Assembly: GCA_965217035.1 (NCBI GenBank)
Contig: OZ244226.1
Coordinates: 310,001 to 374,000 of the forward strand
DNA length: 64,000 nucleotides
Reading direction: 5' to 3'
From: Bacteriovoracaceae bacterium
GTDB taxonomy: Bacteria > Bdellovibrionota > Bacteriovoracia > Bacteriovoracales > Bacteriovoracaceae
The stretch's first letter is position 1. Each line of letters starts with the position of its first letter. A program made the translations under genes and the position numbers. Positions 37,889 to 47,993 of the stretch are shown piece after piece. The notes below the pieces were generated by a model. It did not search any database. It saw only the letters and a list, made by a program, of their open reading frames with translations, and was not told the origin of the DNA.

Positions 37889-39670
37889 ATGCATTTTTTA
37901 TTCATAGCCTTAACTATTCCACTTATTAGCTTTGCTGAAATCAAGGTGCATCCTGATTGTAAGTTCTTCACAAGTGATAAACCTAATTCTAAATTGCTCA
38001 ATAATTGGGTTAACTCTCCTGGAACTGTTCAAATCATCAAAGGTAAGAAAATTCCTGGAGGAACATCTATTATCACGGGTAAATCTGCTGACACTTATCT
38101 CACTGATTATTTTTTTAAAGAATCTAAAATGGGGGCACCTGAAGAAGCTCTTGAAGACTCGTTAGGGACCTATGCTTATTATCAGCAAGATGCCAAAGTA
38201 AAATGGAAAATGGAAGATCAATGGGGATCGATGACGACAAGAGTTCGTAGTAATCGAGGGGGAGGAAGAGATCATTTTATTGAGCTCGATTCAGAGAAGA
38301 ATAATTTTCTTGCCGTGAAAGGATCGGGAACCAATACTCGCTTCAGCAAATCCAATAGTTCTGACTGGAATATAAATGACTTCAGAAGAAATGGCCTCAT
38401 GCTCTTAGAAGACGGAATCCTTGAATATATCATAGCAAAACAATTTGAATCAGCGGGAGTTGCTATCTTAGGTCATCCTGACCTCGTTATGTTTCCTAAA
38501 TCTTTTTATGATGAACTTGTCGCTAATGGGGTTAATAAAAAGAAATATATGGTCCAAATGCATAGGCAGCTTTCTTCTCCTCGTGAGAGCTTTAGTGTCC
38601 TCACAACCCCAACCAAAAATGAAAGAAACCACAAACATGAAGGTGTTTATAAGTTAATTAGCGATATGGGACTTCTTAATGCTGCTCATGGAGCCATTAA
38701 CCCAGAAAACATGGTTTATGGTGGAAAGCTAATAGATATGGGGCATGTTTCATTCGGTTATCCTTACAGCTCATACAGTTATCGCTGCACTCTTTGCCAA
38801 GGAGCTCGAGGAGGATCAGGCGATAGAACTCTTATAGGACTTGTCGATCACTACTTTGGAAATAATGTTTTTGGAGGATCGAAAAGATCTTATAGCGCAG
38901 AGATGACTAAAGTTGACTATCAAAAGATTCTTAACCAATCAGCCATTACACTAAGTGAAGATAAAAATTTAAAACCTAAAATTACTTTAACAGATGCAGA
39001 AAAAGAATCTCTTGATAAGCTTTTTAAAGAACAAATAGTTTTTATGGGGGCAGGAGAGAAAAAAGACTTCTATAAAGAAAAACTAAACCAGCAATACTTT
39101 GATCTCTTTGGAATTGACTTAAATAAAAAAATGAGGATTCGAGAAGAAGGATGGGGTGGCTATAATACTGTTGATGAATGGGATTATATTTGGCCTCATA
39201 AGTTTTCTCTTTCCTATAAATTCATTTGGCAACTCTCATCTCAGAAATTATTTCTCAATCAAAAGCAGTTTGATAACTTTATAAAGTCGACTCAAGGCTT
39301 AATACCAAGTAAATATAAAGAAGATTTTAATAATCTAATTGCTCTTTTTTCTCGAATCATTGATGAACAAAAGCTTTCAAAAAAATCAGTCGATCAATTG
39401 TTCTTTGAGAGATTACCTTCTAACTTACTCTTAAGACAAATTCAACGTCGATTAAAAAAGAAAAGAAGTTATAATACAGTCATCACAGAAGCTCAGAAGT
39501 TAATTAAAGATTTCATAGAGCCAGTTAGATACCCTCCAAAGAAGTTTAGAGCAGACGTTACTGAACTCGCGAATCATATTGATGAAAAGTCACAAGAGTA
39601 TATTCAAAACGCAATAAAAAAAGCTGAAGATAGATTGAATGGTCAAAACTCAGACGACTGGCATTGGTAA
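37889..39670 (+). CDS. Secreted divergent SelO/YdiU-like pseudokinase (putative AMPylase)
   Basis: Signal peptide; ordered motifs RGGGR, VKGSG.NTRFS, NGLMLLEDGILEY…GV, HGAINPENM…IDMG. Confidence 0.65.
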   Translation: MHFLFIALTIPLISFAEIKVHPDCKFFTSDKPNSKLLNNWVNSPGTVQIIKGKKIPGGTSIITGKSADTYLTDYFFKESKMGAPEEALEDSLGTYAYYQQDAKVKWKMEDQWGSMTTRVRSNRGGGRDHFIELDSEKNNFLAVKGSGTNTRFSKSNSSDWNINDFRRNGLMLLEDGILEYIIAKQFESAGVAILGHPDLVMFPKSFYDELVANGVNKKKYMVQMHRQLSSPRESFSVLTTPTKNERNHKHEGVYKLISDMGLLNAAHGAINPENMVYGGKLIDMGHVSFGYPYSSYSYRCTLCQGARGGSGDRTLIGLVDHYFGNNVFGGSKRSYSAEMTKVDYQKILNQSAITLSEDKNLKPKITLTDAEKESLDKLFKEQIVFMGAGEKKDFYKEKLNQQYFDLFGIDLNKKMRIREEGWGGYNTVDEWDYIWPHKFSLSYKFIWQLSSQKLFLNQKQFDNFIKSTQGLIPSKYKEDFNNLIALFSRIIDEQKLSKKSVDQLFFERLPSNLLLRQIQRRLKKKRSYNTVITEAQKLIKDFIEPVRYPPKKFRADVTELANHIDEKSQEYIQNAIKKAEDRLNGQNSDDWHW

Positions 39671-39672
39671 GA

Positions 39673-40362
39673 TCAATAGCAGTCATAACGAATAGCCTTC
39701 CCCTTAAAACAGACAAGGGGATCAGGCCATAAATCCTCCGCCTTAACATGCCTCTTAACAATAATTCTTTTATAAGAAATTTCTGGCTTCTGTAAAACAT
39801 AGGGTTGTTGATCTAATAATCTCAGCACCAGCATCTCTTTATTCACCTGAGTTTTTTCTTTAGCTTTATGAAAGAAAGGATCATAGAGAAATGTTTGGTT
39901 CTCTATTTCTCCCCATTGAAAATATTCAGGAATAAATTTGAGATTTCTAGCAAGTGGATGTTCTGCTCGCTCAATCGCATTTTCGATGAGTTTCTGAACG
40001 ACAGGATTACCTTCAAAACATTTAACTTTAAACCCCCAGGCCAGCATTAGAAGAGAATCCCCTAGAAGTCCTCCAGTAAGGTCGTGGACTAACTCCCCTG
40101 GACTTAGTTTTAAGGCCTTAAAAAAAGGCTCAGACTTCCTTGAGTTTTTATTAAAATAGGTCACTTTCTCCTGAAGGGTTTGGTCAATATCGATATAGAC
40201 CGGAGCTGCTTCCGAGCCTTCTCTTCCAAGCCCGAGAACCCCATCCTCCAAAGCAAAATAAAGCTCATTTGAAAGCCCATTTATAACATCTTCAGGCAAG
40301 ACTTCGTCAAGGCCCTGACGCTTCCAATTTTCTCTATTCTTTAACTTAAATTTTGCTGACAC
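39673..40362 (-). CDS. rsmJ: RsmJ-like class I SAM-dependent rRNA methyltransferase
   Basis: DLTGGLLGDS, FEGNPVV, YDPFF, RIIVKR, KGKAIRYDCY; GTG at 40362. Confidence 0.7.
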   Translation of the reverse strand: MSAKFKLKNRENWKRQGLDEVLPEDVINGLSNELYFALEDGVLGLGREGSEAAPVYIDIDQTLQEKVTYFNKNSRKSEPFFKALKLSPGELVHDLTGGLLGDSLLMLAWGFKVKCFEGNPVVQKLIENAIERAEHPLARNLKFIPEYFQWGEIENQTFLYDPFFHKAKEKTQVNKEMLVLRLLDQQPYVLQKPEISYKRIIVKRHVKAEDLWPDPLVCFKGKAIRYDCY

Positions 40363-40413
40363 GGCCCCACTCTTTTGCTTAAAATGCCTTAGAATATATA
40401 TATGAGGTAACTG

Positions 40414-43368
40414 ATGAGTCAACCAAACCTTCCAAAACGCCCTTATAATCCTGCCGAACTCGATCGTGAGCTCGCTGAGTTTTATATCAAAGCAACAGAT
40501 GCAGAAATTAAGGAAATGCAGGAGACAACTGGAGTTAAAGATCTTTATGAGGTCTACTCACATATTGACTCGCAAGACCTGTTCCAAAATGACTTTAATA
40601 TCGGAGAAAAACTCGAATACAACGATCTCGAAAAACATGTTTTTGAAATTTCTCAAAAAAATATTCCTGTCACTTCTTATATTGGAGACGGACTGACTCA
40701 TTATAGGCCCTCACCTATTCTCGGTGATATCTGTGGAATTCGAGGTCTCACAACGGCTTATACACCTTACCAACCAGAACGGTCTCAAGGAACGCTTCAA
40801 ACGCTTTGGATTTATCAAACGGCCCTAAGTGAGTTAACTGGTTTTGAAGCCATCAATGCTTCTCTATATGAACGCTCAACCGGTACTTTTGAAGCCATCA
40901 AATGTGCCGAAAGAATAAAAAGAAAGCCAACAAAAACTCTTATCATTGATTCACTTTATCCTGGAGACAAGGAAGTTATAAAAACTCTTGTTGCTCATAC
41001 AAAAACTCAAATTGAGTTTTTGCCTTTGGGTACGAATGGGCAAACTGATATTTCAGCTCTTCAAGAGAAGTTAGCAACTGGTGAATATGGCATTGTTGTT
41101 TTCACACAAACGACAAACTTGGGAACACTTGAAAATGTCAATGCCATTATTGATACGGCAAGTGAATTTAGTGCTCTTACAATTGGAGTCATTGATCCGA
41201 TTCTTTTAACAAATGGTGGTCTTAAAGCTCCTTCGCAGTTTGGATCGAACGGACAAGGTTGCGACATTATTGTTGGTGAAGCTCAAAATCTTTCTCTTGG
41301 TAAGAACTTTGGAGGTCCAGGACTTGGTATTTTTGGAATCCGCTTCAATGATCAAAATAAAACCGCAATCAGACAAACACCTGGTCGTTATGTAGGGCTT
41401 GCTAAAGATATTAAAGGAAAAGAATGTAAAGCGATGATCCTTTCAACACGCGAACAACATATTCGTCGTGAAAAAGCGACTTCAAACATTTGCTCTAACC
41501 AGTCTTTTGTCGCTTCACTCGCTGGAGCGAATTTGCTCCATTGGGGAACAAAAGGACTAACAGAGAAAATAACAACAGCTAGGAACTATTGTTTAAAGTT
41601 TTTAAATGAGGTTCTTACGCTTGATGGAGTAGAATTAGCCTTTGACGCTCCATTTTTTAACGAGGTCACTTTAAAGATTGAGAGTGATCTTAATGCGCTT
41701 ATTGAGAAAGCTCACTCTGAGAACTTAGAAATTGGTCTCAATATTTCTGATCGCGCCGATAATGGAAACCTCTTAAAAATTTTCTTTAATGATGAGCCTA
41801 CAGAAGCAGATATAACAAAACTTACAGACTTCTTTAAAGCCAACTTTAACTCTTCGGATGCTAATGCTGTAGTCCCAGAGATTCCAGTCAATTACTTGCG
41901 CTCTAATGAGATTCATATTCAAAATCATTCTGCTGATAGCATCGTTAACTATTATAAAAAGCTTGGAACTCAAAACGTCAGTCCAGACGATGGAGTTTAC
42001 CCTCTAGGGTCTTGCACCATGAAGTACAACCCTTATATCAATGATTACACAGCAAGCTTTGAAGGCTTCACAACAACTCACCCGCAAAGTGATGAAAAGT
42101 TCGTTCAAGGAAACCTTGAACTGCTCTATAATATTCAAGAACTTTTTAAAGGAATCACTGGTCTTCCTGGAGTAACCACTCAACCAGTTGCTGGAGCTCA
42201 AGGAGAACTTGTAGGCCTCAAACTTTTCCAAGCTTACCACGCTGATAGAAATGAAGATCGTAACCTTATGCTTATTCCTCGTTCAGCTCACGGAACTAAC
42301 CCTGCAACAGCAGCAGTTGCGGGATATGAAATCAAGATCCTTGGGAGCACTCCAGAAGGAATGATTGATATTGAAGAGATCAATAGAATTATCGCGGAAG
42401 AAGGAAGCCGAATTGCCGGTGTTATGGTTACTAACCCAAACACTGCCGGAATCCTAGAGAAAAACTTCAAGACCATGGCCGATAAAATTCATGACTGTGG
42501 AGGCTTAGTCTATATGGACGGTGCGAATATGAATGCCATCGCCGGGATAGTCAATCTCAACAATATCGGTGTCGATGCCGTTCACAATAATCTTCATAAA
42601 ACGTGGACAATCCCTCATGGAGGTGGTGGTCCAGGAGATGCTATCGTTGCTGTCAGTGAAAGACTTATTCCTTACTTACCAGGAATGCAGATCGAAAAAA
42701 TCAATGGTGTCTTTAAATCTGTAAGGCCAGCAAAAAGTATGGGGAGTATTCATCGGCACTGGGGGAACTTCGCTCATAAGGTTCGTTGTTATACTTATCT
42801 TAAGGCGCTTGGAACTGAAGGTGTTCGTAAGATGTCAGCCTTTTCTGTTCTTTCTGCCAGATATTTATTTGAAAAACTCAAACCACAGTTCCCTACTCTT
42901 CCTGAAAGTACTGAGACTGTTCCGAGAATGCATGAATTTATCATTACTCTCTCCGAGGAAACTTTTACTAAGATCACTGAAGCTGGTGTTCCCAAAGCAA
43001 TGATTATTGCTCGAATTGGAAAACTCTTCTTGGATTTTGGTTTTCATGCGCCAACTGTAGCATTCCCTGAACAGTATGGATTAATGATCGAACCTACCGA
43101 ATCATTTTCCAAAGCCGAGCTCGATGAGTTCGCTCAAGTCGTTCTTGAAATTAGTAGAGTTATTAATGAAAAGCCTGAAGTTCTTTTAACAACTCCTCAC
43201 TTCACTCCAATAGCTCGAGTTGATGAGGTAACTGCCAATAAAAACATCATACTTTCTGAGGCAAAAGTTAATGGAAAGCTCTTTGTTGAAATTCCTGAAG
43301 TGCTTGAAGATGAAATAGCTCCCAAGCTTTTAAAAAAACAAGGAGCTGAGAAGCTTCTCAATCTTTAA
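40414..43368 (+). CDS. gcvP: Glycine dehydrogenase (decarboxylating) P protein, single chain
   Basis: YTPYQPERSQG, REQHIRREKATSNICSNQ, PLGSCTMK, SAHGTNPA, NLHKT..IPHGGGGPG, MIEPTES. Confidence 0.95.
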   Translation: MSQPNLPKRPYNPAELDRELAEFYIKATDAEIKEMQETTGVKDLYEVYSHIDSQDLFQNDFNIGEKLEYNDLEKHVFEISQKNIPVTSYIGDGLTHYRPSPILGDICGIRGLTTAYTPYQPERSQGTLQTLWIYQTALSELTGFEAINASLYERSTGTFEAIKCAERIKRKPTKTLIIDSLYPGDKEVIKTLVAHTKTQIEFLPLGTNGQTDISALQEKLATGEYGIVVFTQTTNLGTLENVNAIIDTASEFSALTIGVIDPILLTNGGLKAPSQFGSNGQGCDIIVGEAQNLSLGKNFGGPGLGIFGIRFNDQNKTAIRQTPGRYVGLAKDIKGKECKAMILSTREQHIRREKATSNICSNQSFVASLAGANLLHWGTKGLTEKITTARNYCLKFLNEVLTLDGVELAFDAPFFNEVTLKIESDLNALIEKAHSENLEIGLNISDRADNGNLLKIFFNDEPTEADITKLTDFFKANFNSSDANAVVPEIPVNYLRSNEIHIQNHSADSIVNYYKKLGTQNVSPDDGVYPLGSCTMKYNPYINDYTASFEGFTTTHPQSDEKFVQGNLELLYNIQELFKGITGLPGVTTQPVAGAQGELVGLKLFQAYHADRNEDRNLMLIPRSAHGTNPATAAVAGYEIKILGSTPEGMIDIEEINRIIAEEGSRIAGVMVTNPNTAGILEKNFKTMADKIHDCGGLVYMDGANMNAIAGIVNLNNIGVDAVHNNLHKTWTIPHGGGGPGDAIVAVSERLIPYLPGMQIEKINGVFKSVRPAKSMGSIHRHWGNFAHKVRCYTYLKALGTEGVRKMSAFSVLSARYLFEKLKPQFPTLPESTETVPRMHEFIITLSEETFTKITEAGVPKAMIIARIGKLFLDFGFHAPTVAFPEQYGLMIEPTESFSKAELDEFAQVVLEISRVINEKPEVLLTTPHFTPIARVDEVTANKNIILSEAKVNGKLFVEIPEVLEDEIAPKLLKKQGAEKLLNL

Positions 43369-43727
43369 TGAAACTTGAAACTCTCAATTCTGAGTTTGGA
43401 ATTACTCAATTAGATCCTGGAGTCGAAGTTCCAAGTTGAATCTATCAAAGTTCTTTCTACTCTATCTCAAAAAGCGAAAATGAATTTTCTCTTGTGTGCG
43501 AACATCATTTGATTCCTGGAAAAAATCTTCCTAAATGGAAGGCCTTAAGAGTTGAAGGGCAATTGGATTTCTCGTTGACTGGAATTTTAAATGAACTGAC
43601 AGAACCGCTTGCAAAAGCCAAGATACCTGTCTTCGTTATTTCAACCTTTGATACCGACTATCTCCTTATTCAAGAAGATCACTTTGAAAACGCAAAAAAA
43701 GTTCTTCATAATTACTTAGCGATATGA
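43368..43727 (+). pseudogene. ACT-domain (CASTOR/ACT_7-like) gene interrupted by an in-frame TGA at codon 24
   Basis: ATG overlaps the gcvP stop; MKLETLNSEFGITQLDPGVEVPS*IYQSSFYSISKSENEFSLVCE…GQLDFSLTGIL…ISTFDTDYLL. Confidence 0.75.
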
Positions 43728-43905
43728 TCAACTAATAAGGTGCTAAAGATAAAACAATCTCGAGTAAGCAACTCGCCTAAAATAAAACAACTTTCCTTAT
43801 TTTCTTTTTGAACTAATGAATACTGTCAGCATTATAAAGAATAACTTTCTTTCAATCTCGAAAGATCTTTAATAATATTCAATTACTAATCTTGAGGAGT
43901 TTTTT

Positions 43906-45294
43906 ATGGATAAAATACTAGCTTTATGTCTGATACTAATATCGTCTCATACTTACTCTCAAGATTTCATCATAGAAATGGAACAACCTCTAAGTGAGTC
44001 AAGCAAAGTTCAATTACTTAACTCAGACTTTGAAGTCAAAGAAACTCTTATAAAATCTCTAAATCTTTATCTTGTTTCCCCTACTAAAAAAATAAAAACT
44101 CAAAGTCTCCAGATATTACAAAACCAACTTTTAAATACCACCGGTGTTCTCTCTGTTACTGTCGATGAAGTTCTTACTCTAAGAGAAAAACCGAATGACC
44201 CTCTCTTTGAAAAACAATGGTCACTCAATGGATCTTTTGGAATTGATGCTTCTGCTGCGTGGGCCATAGGAAATAAATTTATTAAAACTAATACAGAGTT
44301 CTCACTTGCTACCGGCAAGAAAAAAAAGAAGAAACCAGATAATTCTGCAGTTGTCGCCATCGTAGATGGTCTTTTTGACGTCAATCATGAGGACTTAAAA
44401 AACAATATTTGGATCAATAGACATGAGATCCCAGGCAATGGGAAAGACGATGATAAAAATGGATTTGTCGATGATATCAATGGATGGAATTTTTATCATA
44501 AGTCTGGAAAAATAGTCGGCGGTAGTCGTGCTCATGGAACAAGAGTGATCGGAGTTGTAGGCGCTGTTGGGAATAATAAAAAGCATATCACTGGTGTTGA
44601 CTGGAATGCCAAAATGATGCTCGTTCAAGGCTCTTCTCGAGCATCAGCTTCTGAGACATTTACTTCAACAGTTATGAGATCATACGGATATATCCTGGAA
44701 CATAAGAAACTTTGGTTAAAAACTAAAGGGCAAAGAGGAGCCAACGTCATTGCAATCAATTCAAGCTTTGGCAAAGATCGAGCGGACTGTTTAGATAGTC
44801 GATATGCTATTTGGAACAAGGTCTATAATAAACTCGGCAAGAATGGAATCCTTTCCGTTGTCGCAACTTCAAATTCAAGCTACGATGTCGATGTTCATGG
44901 AGATGTTCCATCAGGCTGTAAAAGTCGATTTATCATCTCATTAGCCTCTATTGATGAAATAGGAAAGTTGCAAAGTGCTTACGGAAAAAAACATGTTGAT
45001 CTCGTAGCTCCTGGTCACGGTGTTTTAACGACGACGGAAACTAAAAAAACAACCCAAGCTTATGGAACTTCTTTTGCAACTCCTCAAGTGACAGGGGCCA
45101 TTTCATACCTGTTCAAAGTGTCTAGCAAGAAATTCAAAGATTTTTATTCAGAGAAACCAGGAAAGGCCATGCTAAAACTTAAGAAGATTATTTTAAATAC
45201 GGCTGATCCTATAAAATCTGTCAAAGGCAAGGTTAAAACTAGTGGAAGCCTAAACCTTTTTAAGGCAACTCAGAGTATAATAGATTTTAAATAG
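43906..45294 (+). CDS. Secreted S8 subtilisin-like serine peptidase
   Basis: Triad VAIVDG / HGTRVIG / GTSFATP; DDDKNGFVDDINGWNF; signal + propeptide; GAGGAG SD. Confidence 0.93.
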   Translation: MDKILALCLILISSHTYSQDFIIEMEQPLSESSKVQLLNSDFEVKETLIKSLNLYLVSPTKKIKTQSLQILQNQLLNTTGVLSVTVDEVLTLREKPNDPLFEKQWSLNGSFGIDASAAWAIGNKFIKTNTEFSLATGKKKKKKPDNSAVVAIVDGLFDVNHEDLKNNIWINRHEIPGNGKDDDKNGFVDDINGWNFYHKSGKIVGGSRAHGTRVIGVVGAVGNNKKHITGVDWNAKMMLVQGSSRASASETFTSTVMRSYGYILEHKKLWLKTKGQRGANVIAINSSFGKDRADCLDSRYAIWNKVYNKLGKNGILSVVATSNSSYDVDVHGDVPSGCKSRFIISLASIDEIGKLQSAYGKKHVDLVAPGHGVLTTTETKKTTQAYGTSFATPQVTGAISYLFKVSSKKFKDFYSEKPGKAMLKLKKIILNTADPIKSVKGKVKTSGSLNLFKATQSIIDFK

Positions 45295-45297
45295 GAC

Positions 45298-45771
45298 TTA
45301 GCCTACTTTCTTCTTGGAATTCTCATATTCAAAGAAATCTTTTTCACGAACTCTTTTAAATGCTTCAACCACAAGCGGCGGTAGATCTTGATAATAATCT
45401 TCCTTTCTAAAACTTAAGGGAAGAACTTCTTCCGAAGCTGCAACATCTTTGAAGTAACGAGAAAGGCGATAGATTGGAGCAGATGCTTTGAAAGATTGAT
45501 ACATATTTGCCACAACGCTAATCAATGCAAAACCAAGAAAAATCAAAGATAAACTCACAAAGAGGTCAAACTTCAATACATCCTTCGAAACTTCTTGAAG
45601 GTCTACTCTATTGAGCTTAACTGAAACAAAAACCAAACTGGTAACGAGGTACGCTGTAAAGATAGCTAGGTTCATGAATACGAGACGAAATTGGAGCTTT
45701 TTATTGATGACGGCCCGCTCTCCAAAGAAAAAGTTCTCGCGGCCGTTTTTTTTCCTATGTTGGTCATCCAT
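45298..45771 (-). CDS. Two-TM membrane protein with a HAMP-like segment
   Basis: AGGAGG SD before ATG 45771; two TMs followed by PIYRL…LSFRKEDYYQDL. Confidence 0.65.
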   Translation of the reverse strand: MDDQHRKKNGRENFFFGERAVINKKLQFRLVFMNLAIFTAYLVTSLVFVSVKLNRVDLQEVSKDVLKFDLFVSLSLIFLGFALISVVANMYQSFKASAPIYRLSRYFKDVAASEEVLPLSFRKEDYYQDLPPLVVEAFKRVREKDFFEYENSKKKVG

Positions 45772-45825
45772 TAATAACAACCCTCCTGAGCCTTATTATA
45801 CGACTTTTTTAGAACGAAAATCCAA

Positions 45826-47007
45826 TTAGGTAAGCTCTGATAAGTGCTTGTAAAAACGATAACGTCGGTTTTTTAAGATAGTATGTAAGTAATCTTTAGA
45901 GCGATTTAGGCCTTGCTGAGCCTTCAAATTAAGCTGATCAATATTGTCGGTAAATTTTTTGATCAACCGACCAAGATCGTCACTGTTTCCAACAATCGCT
46001 CTTTGATCCTCTGGAATCAATTCTCTAATTCCTCCAGCATCAGTGCCTAAACAAAAACACCCACGCCCCATGGCCTCTATCATTGCCCTTGGAAGACCCT
46101 CACTTCTTGAAGGGAGAATAAATAAATCCCCAGAGTCGATAAAGTCTTGGACAGGCTTTCCACTAGGTAAAGAACCAATAAAATTAACATTGTCTTCAAT
46201 TCCAAGATTTTTCACAAGTTCTTCAAGCTCAGGCCTACATCGCCCTTCCCCCAAGATATTCAAAGTATATTTTTTATCAGGATCATTTTTTTTCAAATAA
46301 TGAATTGATTTGATTAAGACGTCTGTTCCTTTTACCATATATTCCAAACTTCCAATATTAGAAATTTTAAACTCTTTTTGATCGGAAGGGATTTTTTTTG
46401 CTTCTTTCACTCTATCACTGTCAAGTAATTTAATAGTTGAAGCCCCTATCGAGAATACTCCCTTTTTTAGGGGATAACGTTTTTGAAGAATTTCTTGAGT
46501 AACATATGACCCTGCAGCTGCATGTTTACATTGATTCTTTAACTTGCGAGCGAAATACCAACGAAAAAAAGGTCTCAAAGGGTGATGAAAAACACCTGGT
46601 CCAAAAACATCCCAAGGATCCCCTACCACCTCAACCGCATAAGGAATCTTCCTCTTTAAAAGAATGGGTTGCAAAAGATCTGCAATAGGAGAACCGACTC
46701 TCATTAAAACTTTATCAGTTTCACTTACTGCGTTTTTCAGTTTTTCTTGAATTTTAAAATAACTTTTAAAGTATCCGATGGGGCCAACATAATAAGGAAT
46801 AGGATAAACTTCAACTTTATCGCCATTAACTTTTTTCCATTTTTTTTCTTTTGAATCGACCGGTAAGGCCCTCGCAATGACTCTCACTGAATCAAAAACT
46901 TCCAAATAGCGATCCCAAAAGTCATTGGCGAAGTGATTCTCTGTCCAGACTTCTCCATCAACGGTTTGAAAAAAACGAGCTTCGACGGTAATGACTAATC
47001 TTTTCAT
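45826..47007 (-). CDS. Glycosyltransferase family 4
   Basis: KGTDVLI, PSRSEGLPRAMIEAM (EX7E). Confidence 0.92.
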   Translation of the reverse strand: MKRLVITVEARFFQTVDGEVWTENHFANDFWDRYLEVFDSVRVIARALPVDSKEKKWKKVNGDKVEVYPIPYYVGPIGYFKSYFKIQEKLKNAVSETDKVLMRVGSPIADLLQPILLKRKIPYAVEVVGDPWDVFGPGVFHHPLRPFFRWYFARKLKNQCKHAAAGSYVTQEILQKRYPLKKGVFSIGASTIKLLDSDRVKEAKKIPSDQKEFKISNIGSLEYMVKGTDVLIKSIHYLKKNDPDKKYTLNILGEGRCRPELEELVKNLGIEDNVNFIGSLPSGKPVQDFIDSGDLFILPSRSEGLPRAMIEAMGRGCFCLGTDAGGIRELIPEDQRAIVGNSDDLGRLIKKFTDNIDQLNLKAQQGLNRSKDYLHTILKNRRYRFYKHLSELT

Positions 47008-47993
47008 GAAACGTTTTTAATATACCATTCGATGGCCTCTGCAAGACCTTCTTTAATAGAATGAGTGGGGTTATAACCAATAAGATTTCTCGCTTTATCA
47101 ACATTAGCTAGGGAATGACGAACATCGCCCGGTCTGAAATCTCTATACTCAATTTCAGATTGAGATTCATGACCTTTCTCTCTAAGAAAGAAAATTAAAA
47201 GATCTTTCAACTCATTCAACGTTGTCTGAGCATGGCAAGCGATGTTAAGAACTTCGTGCCCAGTTGTTTCACTAATAGCAGATTTTATGTTCGCCTGAAT
47301 AACATTTTCAATATAACAAAAATCACGACTCGTTTCCCCATCACCATTAATATAAACTTTTTCATTCTTTAAAAAAGCTGCTGTCCATTTGGGGATTACA
47401 GCGGCATAGGCTCCATCGGGATCTTGCCTTCTTCCGAACACATTGAAATATCTTAATCCGATAGAAGCTAATTCATAGCTATGAGCATAAACTCCGGCGT
47501 AGACTTCATTAATTTTTTTTGTTGCTGCATAAGGAGATAAAACGGAACCCACCTTATCTTCTTCTTTAGGAAGATCGGGATGATCTCCATAGACAGAACT
47601 AGAAGAAGCATAGACAAACTTCTTCACCTCTTTCTCTCTTGCAATCTCAAGCATATGAATGAACCCATCCACATTACTTTGGTGAGAGTTTAGAGGATCT
47701 TTGATAGATCTAGGAACAGAACCAAGAGCTCCTTGATGAAGAATATAATCAAATTCAAATTTCTCAAGAGCATCAAAGATTTCTTTTTTTGATAGATCCA
47801 CTTTTAAAAATTTAAAATTAGGATTTTCGACTTGAGAAAGAACATCATCTATATTTTTCTGAAATCCGGTAGCAAAATTATCAATACCTATAACAGTCTG
47901 ATTATTTTTTAGGAGATACTCAACAAGATGAGATCCGATAAATCCTGCACATCCAGTAACCAACCACTTATGATTACCCTTTATAAGCGCCAT
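47004..47993 (-). CDS. UDP-GlcNAc(A) 4-epimerase (WbpP/TviC-like)
   Basis: GCAGFIGS, HQGALGSVPRS, ASSSSVYG, YAATK, LRYFNVFGRRQDPDGAYAAVIP. Confidence 0.92.
   Translation of the reverse strand: MALIKGNHKWLVTGCAGFIGSHLVEYLLKNNQTVIGIDNFATGFQKNIDDVLSQVENPNFKFLKVDLSKKEIFDALEKFEFDYILHQGALGSVPRSIKDPLNSHQSNVDGFIHMLEIAREKEVKKFVYASSSSVYGDHPDLPKEEDKVGSVLSPYAATKKINEVYAGVYAHSYELASIGLRYFNVFGRRQDPDGAYAAVIPKWTAAFLKNEKVYINGDGETSRDFCYIENVIQANIKSAISETTGHEVLNIACHAQTTLNELKDLLIFFLREKGHESQSEIEYRDFRPGDVRHSLANVDKARNLIGYNPTHSIKEGLAEAIEWYIKNVS

Noticed and set aside
40363..40413. Glycine riboswitch upstream of gcvP
   Set aside because: Only ~50 nt of AT-rich divergent spacer; no aptamer motifs
43437..43439. Genome-wide TGA=Trp recoding or selenocysteine
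   Set aside because: TGA ends several normal genes here (1296, 29283, 43727, 47004), other genes use TGG for Trp, and the position is Trp-type rather than Cys-type
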